A stretch of DNA of 64,000 nt from NCBI GenBank assembly GCA_045562595.1, contig JBJKVN010000004.1, positions 41,460-105,459 on the forward strand. Direction: 5' to 3'. This document shows, piece after piece, positions 50,836 to 60,597 of the stretch (within the stretch, counting starts at the first letter, position 1; each line of letters starts with the position of its first letter). The notes beneath the pieces were generated by a model. It saw nothing but the letters and a program-made list of their open reading frames with translations. It was not told the DNA's origin and ran no database searches. The stretch comes from Tepidiformaceae bacterium. Lineage in GTDB: Bacteria; Chloroflexota; Dehalococcoidia; Tepidiformales; Tepidiformaceae. A program made the translations under genes and the position numbers.

Positions 50836-53800
50836 GTGAACCGAATCATACTAAGGAAGCGGCTTCGAAGGCGTTACCAGCCTAAGGTCTCTCGACGTTT
50901 TAGTAAGAGACTAGTGCTGATTACTTGTGCTGTTTTGGCTGGTCTAATTTTTATAAGTAGTGGGGTGGCACTCTTTGCTTTTTATCAATTTTATTCTCGT
51001 GGATATATTCCGATAGAGGAATTGATCGAAATAAGGTCAGCGGAATTAACAAGAGTTTATGACCGTTCAGGTGGTACTGAACTCGGTGTATTAGCAAACC
51101 CGAATGCCTTACTAAGTAATCCAATCCCGCTTTCGAGAGTGTCCGATCATATGATCGCGGCAACAATTTCGACCGAAGATAATACGTTTTGGGATAATCC
51201 CGGTGTTTCATACGTAGGCATTTTACGTGCCGGATTTAGGAATTATATTCTTGGTGAACAAGCGCCTGGTGGATCAACAATTACCCAGCAGTTAGTTAAG
51301 AATGTTTACATTTGTAAACCTCTTTCCCCCGATGATCCTTGTACCGCTGCTCGAACCTTAGACCGGAAACTCCGTGAGATCGTTTACGCAATTGAGCTAG
51401 AGGGTGATTATGAAAAAGAACAAATTCTTACTTGGTATCTCAACCAAATTTCCTATGCTTCTAGGTATATTGGTGTTGAGGCTGCATCGACAGGTTATTT
51501 CGCGAAGTCAGCAAAGGATCTGACATTAGCGGAATCTGCCATCCTTGCGAGCATACCTTCGAGTCCGACCTTATATCACCCGCGTAGTAATTGTGTGACT
51601 GATGAAAATATGCAGTGTAATTATGATCTTATGGGAAGGACCATTTTAGATGATGACAGTTCTTTAAAACGTATTCAGGAACTAAATTTGGACCTGATGG
51701 TTGAGCATGGATGGATTAATAGTCGTGAGGCTGATATTGCGAAACGTGAAGTTATTTATATCTATAAAGAATCTAGATCTAAGGACCAACCACTTGTGTC
51801 GTTTGTAGATAATCTTGTTGAGCCGAGACTTGTTCGTATGTGTGAGCGAGATGAGTTGCCAATGCTTGAAGGGTTTGATGACTGTACTTCAAGTGTCCAC
51901 AGTGCTGGCTGGAGAGTCGAGACAACGCTTGATTACAAGGCAACCCAAATGGGCTTCAAAATTGTTAATGAGATGATAGCTCAAGGATTGAAAGAGAATT
52001 GCGAGTGTTACAACGCAGCTTTGGTTACTATTGAACCGGAAACTGGCCAAGTGCTGGTTTATATTCCAAATCGTGAACCATCCAACAATGTTGATCCCAG
52101 AGTGGCAGGTGATATTGATCAACTGATTGAAATTAATCAACCTGGTTCGTCATTTAAACCTGTGGTTTATCTGGCATGGTTTTTGAATGAAAATAGGGTG
52201 CCGATGAGTGCCCTCTGGGATACCAGTCCACTTGAAATTGAAGGTTTTGTTGGCCCTGATGGTGAGCCTGTAGGAATTGTGAATCCTAGAAGGGCTGTTC
52301 CATCTCGCCTGGGTGAGCCAATTAAAAGTGAAGGGATGATAAGTGCACGAGCAGGGATAGGTGGTTCGCAAAATGTACCAGCTTTTCGTGCTGCACAGGA
52401 AGCGGGCCTAGATGCAGTTATTGATATGGCCAAGAGATTAGGTATAACAACACTTGAGCAGGGGTTTGATCCAACTTTCCGATCACACTTAGATGCTGTT
52501 TATGGAGCATCAATTGCTACAGGTGGAGCAAATATTCGTGCATTAGATATGGCGTATATGAATGCCACTATTGCAAATATGGGTGTAATGGTAGGTGTTC
52601 CTCACTATGCAGATACATTGAATTTTGACGAAATAAAAGAAACTGCTTTTGATGTCGGAGCAGATTATGAACTTGCTTTGGAACAGAAACTAGCTTTTCA
52701 AAGAGGCCATTTACGGTTACCTGGTACACGTACTTTAGATCCTGTAGTAATACTTCGAGTTTTTGATTCGAGGGGAAAGAAGATCTTTGAACATAACGAG
52801 CCCTACCGAATACAGGTTGTTGAGCCAAGTGTTGTCTGGCTTCTTCATTCTGTTATGTCCGATTGCACTGCACGATTTATTATTTGGGGCTGTGGCTCGA
52901 GCAATGAAGATTTCGGACTGGATACCATTCTAGAGGGCGAAAGGTTACCTATTGGGCTAAAGACAGGAACTCAACAGGGCCTTGCCTCTATTGATGACAC
53001 ATTGGAAACCTGGATGAATGGATACTCGAGGCACGCTGCCATTGCCGTTTGGGTTGGTAATGCTAATAACCAACTTGTTAATGATGGAGTAGATGCAGGT
53101 TATGCATCTGCACATACCACACTATATATTTTCAAAAATTGGATGGCTTCATATCACGAATATTTGCTGGAAAAAGGTGCAATTGAAGAGATTAAAAATT
53201 TTGCTGAATTACAGCCACCAAATGTTGTATTTGTGAAGGATTTCCTGACTCCAGCTACAGATCGTGTGCTATCTGGTGGCGGTTGTGAACAAGTTGTAGA
53301 AGCTTGGATCAGGACCGACATTGAGTATGAAGACCCTTGTGAAGAACAGGTTATAGATACAAGGAATGGATTACTAGCTTCATCAAAAACCCCAAATAGA
53401 TTCCGCGAAATAAGGCGTTATCCAAAGTTGCCTACTTACAACCCTGACTCAGTTATAGATCTAGTTTCTGATCCACCTGCTTCAATAACTCTTTCGGTTG
53501 CCCCTAGAGAGGAAAGTGATGGTTCTAAATCGCTGATGATTTTTTCCCCGGCAAGTTATCAGATAATTCATAGTGATGTGACGATACTTGGCTCAGTTCA
53601 AATAAAAGATGTTACGCAGTGGAAACTCGAGTATGGAAGAGGTACGTTTCCTGCTGATGATGAGTGGTTCGAGATTACTACAAGAACTGGCAATGTAAGC
53701 TCATCTTCACTAGGTCGTTTTTTGGTTAAAGATTTACCTAGTGGTGTTTACACAATTCGCTTAAGTGGTACGGGACGTAGTGCGCAGAACCTTGAACTTC

Positions 53801-53991
53801 GTATTTATGTAAATTTAGATAAAAGAAGAATGCCTGACAAGCCACCTGAAAATACGGAGCTACCCATTCGTGCTATAGAGATAATTATGCCTGAGACCAA
53901 TCAAGGGGTAGCTAACATAAACATCCCACTTATTCCGCGAGCTATGCCAACTGAACCATCTGTGCCTACACCAGACCCTGGCGCACCTTAG
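50836..53991 (+). CDS. Class A penicillin-binding protein (glycosyltransferase + transpeptidase) with a long C-terminal extension
   Basis: 1051 aa. GTG start with AGGTGGG SD. N-terminal TM anchor, GT51 motifs (STEDNTFWDNPG, GGSTITQQLVKN, RKLREI), transpeptidase SxxK (PGSSFKP) and KTGT (LKTGTQQG). About 260 aa follow the KTG box. Confidence 0.9.
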   Translation: MNRIILRKRLRRRYQPKVSRRFSKRLVLITCAVLAGLIFISSGVALFAFYQFYSRGYIPIEELIEIRSAELTRVYDRSGGTELGVLANPNALLSNPIPLSRVSDHMIAATISTEDNTFWDNPGVSYVGILRAGFRNYILGEQAPGGSTITQQLVKNVYICKPLSPDDPCTAARTLDRKLREIVYAIELEGDYEKEQILTWYLNQISYASRYIGVEAASTGYFAKSAKDLTLAESAILASIPSSPTLYHPRSNCVTDENMQCNYDLMGRTILDDDSSLKRIQELNLDLMVEHGWINSREADIAKREVIYIYKESRSKDQPLVSFVDNLVEPRLVRMCERDELPMLEGFDDCTSSVHSAGWRVETTLDYKATQMGFKIVNEMIAQGLKENCECYNAALVTIEPETGQVLVYIPNREPSNNVDPRVAGDIDQLIEINQPGSSFKPVVYLAWFLNENRVPMSALWDTSPLEIEGFVGPDGEPVGIVNPRRAVPSRLGEPIKSEGMISARAGIGGSQNVPAFRAAQEAGLDAVIDMAKRLGITTLEQGFDPTFRSHLDAVYGASIATGGANIRALDMAYMNATIANMGVMVGVPHYADTLNFDEIKETAFDVGADYELALEQKLAFQRGHLRLPGTRTLDPVVILRVFDSRGKKIFEHNEPYRIQVVEPSVVWLLHSVMSDCTARFIIWGCGSSNEDFGLDTILEGERLPIGLKTGTQQGLASIDDTLETWMNGYSRHAAIAVWVGNANNQLVNDGVDAGYASAHTTLYIFKNWMASYHEYLLEKGAIEEIKNFAELQPPNVVFVKDFLTPATDRVLSGGGCEQVVEAWIRTDIEYEDPCEEQVIDTRNGLLASSKTPNRFREIRRYPKLPTYNPDSVIDLVSDPPASITLSVAPREESDGSKSLMIFSPASYQIIHSDVTILGSVQIKDVTQWKLEYGRGTFPADDEWFEITTRTGNVSSSSLGRFLVKDLPSGVYTIRLSGTGRSAQNLELRIYVNLDKRRMPDKPPENTELPIRAIEIIMPETNQGVANINIPLIPRAMPTEPSVPTPDPGAP

Positions 53992-54034
53992 AATTTCCTT
54001 AGTGAATGAATGCTATTGACCATTTTTGTATGGT

Positions 54035-54946
54035 TCAACGAAACCTTCCGCCTGGCTTTATGTTTTCTTGCTGAGCCCAATCACTTGCGGAAATTTTCCG
54101 CTCACCCTCTGGTTGCACACGTTTAATTTTTAGACTTCCCCCATTGAGTCTGACTAAAATCCCATCCTCTTCTATCCTTAGTAATCGGCCAGGCATTCCT
54201 GATTCAAGTGTTTCTATATATTCGCAATCAAATATCCCCATTTTGTTTCCTTTAAAGGTAGTCCAGGCTCCTGGCTGGGGATTGCAGCCACGAATTTGAT
54301 CATAAACTTGTGGTGCAGGGTTATACCACTGGATTCTTGCGTGACTTTCCCCACATGGAGGCTCATAGGTGGAATGGTTATGATCCTGTTCTACGCTTTG
54401 TGCTGTGCCATTTTCAACTAGTGAAACAGCTTCTGACATAGCATCTATTCCCATGGGGAACAGTTGGTCAAAATATAGGGAACCAAGTGTTTCATCCGGT
54501 TTAATTGGACAGGTTTTCTGTAAAAGTATTGGTCCTGTATCCATACCTTTGTCAGGCCAAAATACTGTCAATCCTGTTTCTTTTTCCCCGAAGATTATTG
54601 GCCAGTTCATGGCCGAAGAGCCTCGATGTAAGGGAAGTAAGCTAGGATGATATTGGATCGTGCCTTTGTCAGGTGTTGTGAGTATTTCATCAGGGAGAAG
54701 TTCAGTTACAAAGGCCATCACTCCAAGTTCAGAATTTAGTGTTTGCCACTGTTCAATGCCTTCAGCTTCTTTTAAAAATTTTGTATCAATTGGTGTTAAT
54801 CCTGCTTCTTCGGCTGCAGTCCACAAAGGATCTGGCCTTTGTTCTGATGCCGGTGCAGATACGCCAACTATTTCAATCCCGTCCTCCATCAAGCGCTTAA
54901 AAACCGCTTCTCCAAAGGCAGCTTGACCGATCAATGAAACTCTCAT
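54035..54946 (-). CDS. fmt: Methionyl-tRNA formyltransferase-like protein
   Basis: 303 aa. Formyl_trans_N (HPSLLPLHRGSSAMNW) plus the C-terminal beta-barrel domain. GGAG SD 7 nt upstream. Assignment to Fmt versus another formyltransferase is by domain architecture only. Confidence 0.75.
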   Translation of the reverse strand: MRVSLIGQAAFGEAVFKRLMEDGIEIVGVSAPASEQRPDPLWTAAEEAGLTPIDTKFLKEAEGIEQWQTLNSELGVMAFVTELLPDEILTTPDKGTIQYHPSLLPLHRGSSAMNWPIIFGEKETGLTVFWPDKGMDTGPILLQKTCPIKPDETLGSLYFDQLFPMGIDAMSEAVSLVENGTAQSVEQDHNHSTYEPPCGESHARIQWYNPAPQVYDQIRGCNPQPGAWTTFKGNKMGIFDCEYIETLESGMPGRLLRIEEDGILVRLNGGSLKIKRVQPEGERKISASDWAQQENIKPGGRFR

Positions 54947-55029
54947 TCTTCACTCCAAAGTGTTTTCTATGTATACACTACTCTTGTGTATAGCCGGCGC
55001 AATACCTCAGACAGTAATAAACTTGGAAA

Positions 55030-55500
55030 ATGACGGATTTCTCGATACAGCCAGCTAAGCTTGAACATGTTGATCAAATTGTCGGTCTAATCAAGTACTG
55101 GGCTGAACTTGGGCAACTTCTTGATCGCGCACAAGTAGAAGTAGTTGATTCTATAAGGGATTTTAAAATAGCTATTTCTGCAAATGGTGATTTTGTTGGA
55201 TGCTCTTCATTACATGTGTTAGGAAGTGATGTTGCAGAGGTTCGTTCATTAGCTGTTGATCCCACTTGGCAAGCAAAGGGCTTAGGTGCTGCACTGGTTG
55301 AAGCCTGCATTGAGGACGCGTACACCTATGATGTAGATCGTGTTTTCGCATTGACCTATCAGCCAGGCTTTTTTGAAAAGCAAGGCTTTAGTTTAGCTAA
55401 TGTTATGGATTTTCCAGAAAAAGTTTGGAATGAGTGCGTTCGATGTCCGTTTTTTTCAAATTGTCGTGAAATTGCCGTGGTCTTGGAATTACATAGCTAG
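55030..55500 (+). CDS. GNAT-family N-acetyltransferase (short ArgA-like amino-acid N-acetyltransferase)
   Basis: 156 aa. GNAT motif A (VRSLAVDPTWQAKGLGAALV) and motif B (GFFEKQGF). Confidence 0.8.
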   Translation: MTDFSIQPAKLEHVDQIVGLIKYWAELGQLLDRAQVEVVDSIRDFKIAISANGDFVGCSSLHVLGSDVAEVRSLAVDPTWQAKGLGAALVEACIEDAYTYDVDRVFALTYQPGFFEKQGFSLANVMDFPEKVWNECVRCPFFSNCREIAVVLELHS

Positions 55501-55511
55501 TGAGTGTCTAT

Positions 55512-56289
55512 CTAAAATGTTGTTGGATCACCGATGACAGGTAATTTCTTTACTTCTAGGCGTGAACGGTACCAGAAGAATAAACCGCTCAGTACTATTC
55601 CTCCGATCCAAATGGATCCTATTATCAGAGTTATACGTATGTCTTTTCCTATACTATCTCCGGCAACCACGGCTATAACTGTTGGTAAAATCATCCCTAA
55701 AGCGCTATAGATAAAGAAACGCCGAAAATTTATTGGTGTTAACCCTGCTAGATAGGATATCCAATCGAAGTTGATTACCGGGAGCATTCGGGACCAAAAT
55801 ATAAGGCTTCCACCCATTCGATCGGTCAATCCATCAAGTCTTTGTGCAGTCCTACGACCTACCAAGGTAGGAAGGTGTTTCCTGCCAAGCCGACGTGCCA
55901 GAAAAAATGCTAGTGATGAACCGATCAATAGGCCAAGCATGCAATAAATGCTTCCTAAAGCAGATCCCCAAGCTAGACCTGCTGCAAGAGAAAATTGGAG
56001 AATTAGGAATTGGTGCGAACAATACTGAAAAAGCCATGACAAAAATAAAAACTATAGGTGCCCAAACTCCTCTGTCTGCTACCCAGTCTTGGAAGGGTCC
56101 CGCTTCAAATGTCCAGGGTATGTCATATAGTTGAGATGTAACTATATAGGCAGCAATTATTGCAGCCAGAACTAGAGCAATTATTGCGAGAACTCGTCTT
56201 TGAAGAAGTAACGGTGTGCCTTCAGATTCGAACATCACTCCTAGAGGAGATTGACGTGAAGTTTTGTTGCTTTTAGAACTTTCACTCAC
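55512..56289 (-). pseudogene. TVP38/TMEM64 (DedA/SNARE-associated-like) membrane protein, reading frame interrupted by an apparent 1-nt insertion
   Basis: Track ORFs 55852..56289 and 55512..56042 overlap in different frames. The frame-A product ends its meaningful part at ...VMAFSVLFAPIPNSPI. Frame B continues with (F)SLAAGLAWGSALGSIYCMLGLLIGSSLAFFLARRLGRK..., the family core. Removing one T from the coding-strand TTTT run (plus-strand AAAA 55991..55994) restores a single 258-aa ORF. Confidence 0.75.
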
Positions 56290-56304
56290 GAATTATGTTC
56301 CTTT

Positions 56305-57159
56305 TTACTTTTTAGAGAGATGTTCTAGTAGAAGTTTATTGACTGTCTGAGGTGCTTCTTGCTGTACAAAGTGGCCATTATCTGGCAAATAAAAAATAGC
56401 AAGATCTGGTACGTATTGGTCTGTATCAAACGTCAGTTCTTTTCCTAGCGCAAAATCTTTTTCTCCCCAAATCATTGTTGTTCGTGCTACGACTTGCATG
56501 GATGAATTTAAATTCCGTGTGAATGAAGTGTTGCCCTTTACTATGTTCCTAGCCATGGCACGATACCAATTGATCCCTCCGCTAAGTCCATATTTTTTCC
56601 AACTGTTGACATAAAATTTAACATCTTCATCCGTGTTAGGTTTTATCCGAGACATTAAACGCGCGAATCCTTGATAATTGTTACGTGCTAAAAGTTTTTC
56701 AGGGAGCAAAGGTATCTGAAAGAAAAAGATGTACCAACTACGTTTGAGTTGTGTGAAAGTTCGCAGACCTTTAAAAAAATTTGCCGGGTGTGGAATATTA
56801 CATATTCCTAGAGTTTGTACTACTTCTGGATTAGAAATAGCGAGACTCCATGCAATTGCACCTCCCCAGTCATGGCCGATGATATGAGCTTGTTTACTGC
56901 CGAGATGATTAATTAGCTGAATAACATCTTCTCTTAGAGTTTCTATATCAAATGGGCCAGTGTTATCTGTTTCGTTGTATCCACGCAGGTCAGGCGCGAC
57001 AACATGGTATTGCGTTGATAGAGCTTTGATTTGATGTCTCCATGAATACCAACAATCCGGAAATCCATGTAAAAGGATTACTAACTCTCCGCTACCGGCT
57101 TCCACATAATGCACGCGTATTCCATTGATTGTTGCGTAATTATGTTCTAGGTCTGACAT
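56305..57159 (-). CDS. Alpha/beta hydrolase, epoxide hydrolase / haloalkane dehalogenase-like
   Basis: 284 aa. HGFPDCWYSWRHQI (HGxP oxyanion motif) and GHDWGG (Asp nucleophile elbow), with a C-terminal His in DNGHFVQQE. Confidence 0.85.
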   Translation of the reverse strand: MSDLEHNYATINGIRVHYVEAGSGELVILLHGFPDCWYSWRHQIKALSTQYHVVAPDLRGYNETDNTGPFDIETLREDVIQLINHLGSKQAHIIGHDWGGAIAWSLAISNPEVVQTLGICNIPHPANFFKGLRTFTQLKRSWYIFFFQIPLLPEKLLARNNYQGFARLMSRIKPNTDEDVKFYVNSWKKYGLSGGINWYRAMARNIVKGNTSFTRNLNSSMQVVARTTMIWGEKDFALGKELTFDTDQYVPDLAIFYLPDNGHFVQQEAPQTVNKLLLEHLSKK

Positions 57160-57186
57160 TTTATAGCCTCTTTATTTATATTGGGG

Positions 57187-58012
57187 TTAAAGCGCTACCA
57201 AGTAAACAAGTACTGAAACAAAAACGATTGAATCTAATCGGTCTAAGAGTCCTCCGTGTCCAGGTAGAAGCCCCGAGGAGTCTTTTAGGTTCATGCGGCG
57301 TTTCATCCAACTTTCTGCCAAATCACCGAGTTGAGCAGTAAGTGGTAACAATAATGTAAGTGTTATCAGTTGCCAGGTTCTGAAATTCTAAATCGAGTAT
57401 TACGTTCAGTACCAAGACCGCAACTACACCTCCCAAAATACCTCCTAAGACACCCTCCCAGGTTTTGTTAGGACTAATTTTTGGAGCAAGTTTGTGTTTT
57501 CCCCAGCGCGATCCTGCCAGATATGCTCCGGTATCAACAGTAAAAGTGGCAAGAATAATTAAAAGTACGAGCCACTTTCCATCAGTTAGTCCCCGTGTAA
57601 GAACAAATGTTGAGAAAAACATTGCTGGATAGATAATCGATGAAGCGATTACGAGGTAAGGCTTATTTATCTTTTTTGGAAAACCAATTAATCCAGCCGC
57701 TAGGAAAAGGATAGCTAAGATCGCACCTGCGATTAAGAACCGAACTTCAAAATAAACTCCAGCCACCATGACGGCAGGTAATAGGAGGAGTGGCCAGATA
57801 CGTAAGGTCTCTTTTAATGAGGCTTCAGGAAATAACCATCCGCGTACAAATTCAATCGTTCCTCCGAAGGTTACTAGACCTGCAACCACAGCGAATGGCC
57901 AATTGCCGACCCAAATTAAAAGAAGCAGGATGGGCATCCCTATTGCTGCAGTTAGCAATCGGAGCTGTAAGCTACGGGACACGCTTTTCATCAGATGGTA
58001 GTAATCGTCCAA
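57187..58012 (-). pseudogene. cdsA: Phosphatidate cytidylyltransferase CdsA, reading frame interrupted by an apparent 1-nt insertion (or a sequence error)
   Basis: Track ORF 57323..58012 ends ...[47 protein letters not shown]. The CdsA signature is encoded in the +1 frame at 57187..57387: (NF)[64 protein letters not shown]. The shift must lie within 57326..57387, most plausibly at GAATTTCAG (57380..57388). Confidence 0.8.
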
Positions 58013-58769
58013 ATTTTCTTTTGCGTCTACCGTATTCAGCTAGGGCTAAATCTATATCTTCTCGACCGAAATCCGGCCAGTACGTATCAGTGAAATATAG
58101 TTCTGAATATGCGCATTGCCAAATTAGAAAGTTTGATAATCTTTGGTCACCTGCGGTTCTAATAACCAAATCTGGGTCTGGAAGTCCTGCAGTGAAAAGA
58201 TGATTATGGATAGTTTCTTCGGAAACTGCATGCGCAGGTATTCCTGAATCAATAATTTGTTGTAATGCAGTAACTAAGTCATCCCTTCCCCCATATGAGA
58301 AGCAGATACTGAGGACGAGCCCATCATTTTCTTTGGTTGACTCAATTGCAGCCTCAATACGATTTTGCAGCCATAGTGGTAATTGTTCCAAGTGCCCGAG
58401 ATGCTTAAGTTGAACATTATTTTTTTGAAACGTGTCCATTTCGTTTTTGATGAACCGATCTAATAGCCTAATCAGTGAACGTACTTCTGTTTGTGGTCGA
58501 TTCCAATTTTCAGTGCTAAACGCATATAGCGTGACATAACCAATTCCGTGTTCCCAGAATCTTTCAAGGATCCTCCAGATATTTTCTGCTCCTGCCCTGT
58601 GACCTGCAGCACGCGGCAGATTGCGTTCTTGGGCCCACCTACCATTGCCATCCATGATAATGGCCACGTGGCCGGGGACTCTTCCTCCCGTTAATTTCGA
58701 GAAGATCTCCTCTTTTTGCAGAGCCTCAGGTTTTGTATTCGGCATATTTATCCGTTGTTTAGGTTTCAA
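57972..58769 (-). CDS. uppS: Undecaprenyl diphosphate synthase (cis-prenyltransferase)
   Basis: 265 aa. HVAIIMDGNGRWA, YAFSTENWNRP, RTAGDQRLSNFLIWQ. TTG start with AAGGA 5 nt upstream. Confidence 0.93.
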   Translation of the reverse strand: MKPKQRINMPNTKPEALQKEEIFSKLTGGRVPGHVAIIMDGNGRWAQERNLPRAAGHRAGAENIWRILERFWEHGIGYVTLYAFSTENWNRPQTEVRSLIRLLDRFIKNEMDTFQKNNVQLKHLGHLEQLPLWLQNRIEAAIESTKENDGLVLSICFSYGGRDDLVTALQQIIDSGIPAHAVSEETIHNHLFTAGLPDPDLVIRTAGDQRLSNFLIWQCAYSELYFTDTYWPDFGREDIDLALAEYGRRKRKFGRLLPSDEKRVP

Positions 58770-59325
58770 GGAGATCCTTTTCCTTTACTACTCCAAGTTC
58801 ATCAATTGATGTGATGTGTTTATCTGTTAGTTCTTGAAGTTCTTGCTCATTGCCTCGTAATTCATCTTGGGTTATTTCCTTTTGTTGTTCTGCTTTTCGT
58901 AAGGTATCGTGTGCATTTCTACGTACATTACGTACAGAAACTCGAGCATCCTCAACTTTTTGATGAACAACACGTACTAAATCCCTTCTTCTTTCTTCTG
59001 TGAGTGCAGGTATAGGAAGACGTATAAGCTGTCCATCTACGGAAGGATTCAACCCAAGTTCTGAAAGTTGAATTGCTTTGACTATAGGTTGGACAGCTCC
59101 CGCATCCCACACTTGGATTGAAATAAGCCGAGCTTCTGGTGTCCCAATTGTTGCGAGTTGATTTAATGGCTGTTGCTGCCCATAGTGCTCTACCTGTAGA
59201 AGCTCTACAAGACTTGGATGGGCTCGTCCAGTTCGTATACCACCTAATTCACGCTGTAGAGCTACAATGGACTGATCCATTCGATCTTCTGCCTCTAGTA
59301 AGATTTCTTCTGGTTCCATGTCCAT
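58759..59325 (-). CDS. frr: Ribosome recycling factor
   Basis: 188 aa. GIRTGRAHPSLVELLQVEHYG and IPALTEERRRDLVR. Confidence 0.95.
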   Translation of the reverse strand: MDMEPEEILLEAEDRMDQSIVALQRELGGIRTGRAHPSLVELLQVEHYGQQQPLNQLATIGTPEARLISIQVWDAGAVQPIVKAIQLSELGLNPSVDGQLIRLPIPALTEERRRDLVRVVHQKVEDARVSVRNVRRNAHDTLRKAEQQKEITQDELRGNEQELQELTDKHITSIDELGVVKEKDLLET

Positions 59326-59339
59326 TGTTTGTTTATCTC

Positions 59340-60068
59340 CTACCCAATATCGGTTTGCGATGTAACAAGGGTACCAATATTTCCGCCAGCTATTGCCTTG
59401 CGAATATTGTCTTTTTTACGCACATCGAAAACAGATATTGGTAAGTCATGTTCCATACAGAGGCTTAAAGCGGTACTGTCCATAACTTCCAATCGTTGTT
59501 GTAATGCGTCCATGTGCGTGATTTTACTATAGAGCTTCGCATCCTTGTTCTTTGCTGGATCTGCAGAATAAATACCATCAACTCCTTGTTTGGCCATTAA
59601 CAAGATATTACATTCCACCTCAATCGCACGAAGTGCCGCAGCAGTATCGGTGGTCATAAATGGATTGCCAGTTCCTGCCGCAAAAATAACAGCACGATTT
59701 TTTTCTAAATGGCGAATTGCGCGTCTACGGATATATGGCTCAGCAATTTGTGCCATTGGTAGTGCTGTTTGTGTGCGTACTTCACAGCCAACTTTTTCTA
59801 GTGAATCTTGTAATGCTAGTGCATTTATGACTGTTCCCAGCATTCCTGCGTAATCAGCGGTGGCTCTATCCATCCCAGTTTCAGCAGCTGACTGACCACG
59901 CCAAAAATTTCCGCCACCTACAACAACTGCAATCTGAATATCTTTTTGAGATGCCTTTGATATTTGCTGTGCTACTTGACTGATTGTATCGGGATCTATG
60001 CCGAAATCACGGTCACCCATTAGTGCTTCGCCACTAATCTTAAGCATTACTCGGCGATAATTAACCAA
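59340..60068 (-). CDS. pyrH: UMP kinase
   Basis: 242 aa. TTG start with GGAGG 5 nt upstream. RVMLKISGEAL, VVGGGNFWRG, AGTGNPFMTTDTAAALRA. Confidence 0.95.
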   Translation of the reverse strand: MVNYRRVMLKISGEALMGDRDFGIDPDTISQVAQQISKASQKDIQIAVVVGGGNFWRGQSAAETGMDRATADYAGMLGTVINALALQDSLEKVGCEVRTQTALPMAQIAEPYIRRRAIRHLEKNRAVIFAAGTGNPFMTTDTAAALRAIEVECNILLMAKQGVDGIYSADPAKNKDAKLYSKITHMDALQQRLEVMDSTALSLCMEHDLPISVFDVRKKDNIRKAIAGGNIGTLVTSQTDIG

Positions 60069-60084
60069 GTGAACCTCCTTTTAA

Positions 60085-60597
60085 TCAGCCCCCTAATTCA
60101 AACCGCGCGATTCGACGAACACGTATGTTTTCCCCTGTTTTTAAAATAGCCTCTTTTACCAAGTCATCTATTTTTAGGGAAGCATCTTTTATGAAAGGTT
60201 GTTCTAGAAGAACGATTTCTTCATCAGCTCCTTCAATTTCCGGTTTGTTTATACGTTCGTCTTTTGTGATTACACGTGGATTCATAGCAGCAACCTGCAT
60301 AGCTATATCTCGTGCTAAAGAACGAAATTCATCGGTATTTGCGACAAAATCTGTTTCACAAGAAAGCTCTATAAGAGTACCTATACGGCCACCACCGTGT
60401 ATATAAGACTCAATTACGCCTTGGCTGGTTTCCCTATCTGCGCGTTTTTCAGCTGCTGCCAGTCCTTGTTCACGTAATAGTAAGGTAGCTTTTTCGATAT
60501 CTCCGTTAGCATCATCAAGTGCCCTTTTTGCATCCATAACACCAGCACCTGTTGCTTGCCGAAGGTTTTTAACCATTTCTGTTGTGACGTTACTCAG
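60085..60597 (-). CDS. tsf: Elongation factor Ts (short form, about 170 aa)
   Basis: Track ORF 60085..60576 starts at [20 protein letters not shown]. The 7 in-frame codons upstream (CTG AGT AAC GTC ACA ACA GAA) complete the usual N-terminus [13 protein letters not shown]. AAGGAG (60607..60612) lies 9 nt before CTG 60597. The stop is secure and the start is uncertain. Confidence 0.88.
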   Translation of the reverse strand: MSNVTTEMVKNLRQATGAGVMDAKRALDDANGDIEKATLLLREQGLAAAEKRADRETSQGVIESYIHGGGRIGTLIELSCETDFVANTDEFRSLARDIAMQVAAMNPRVITKDERINKPEIEGADEEIVLLEQPFIKDASLKIDDLVKEAILKTGENIRVRRIARFELGG

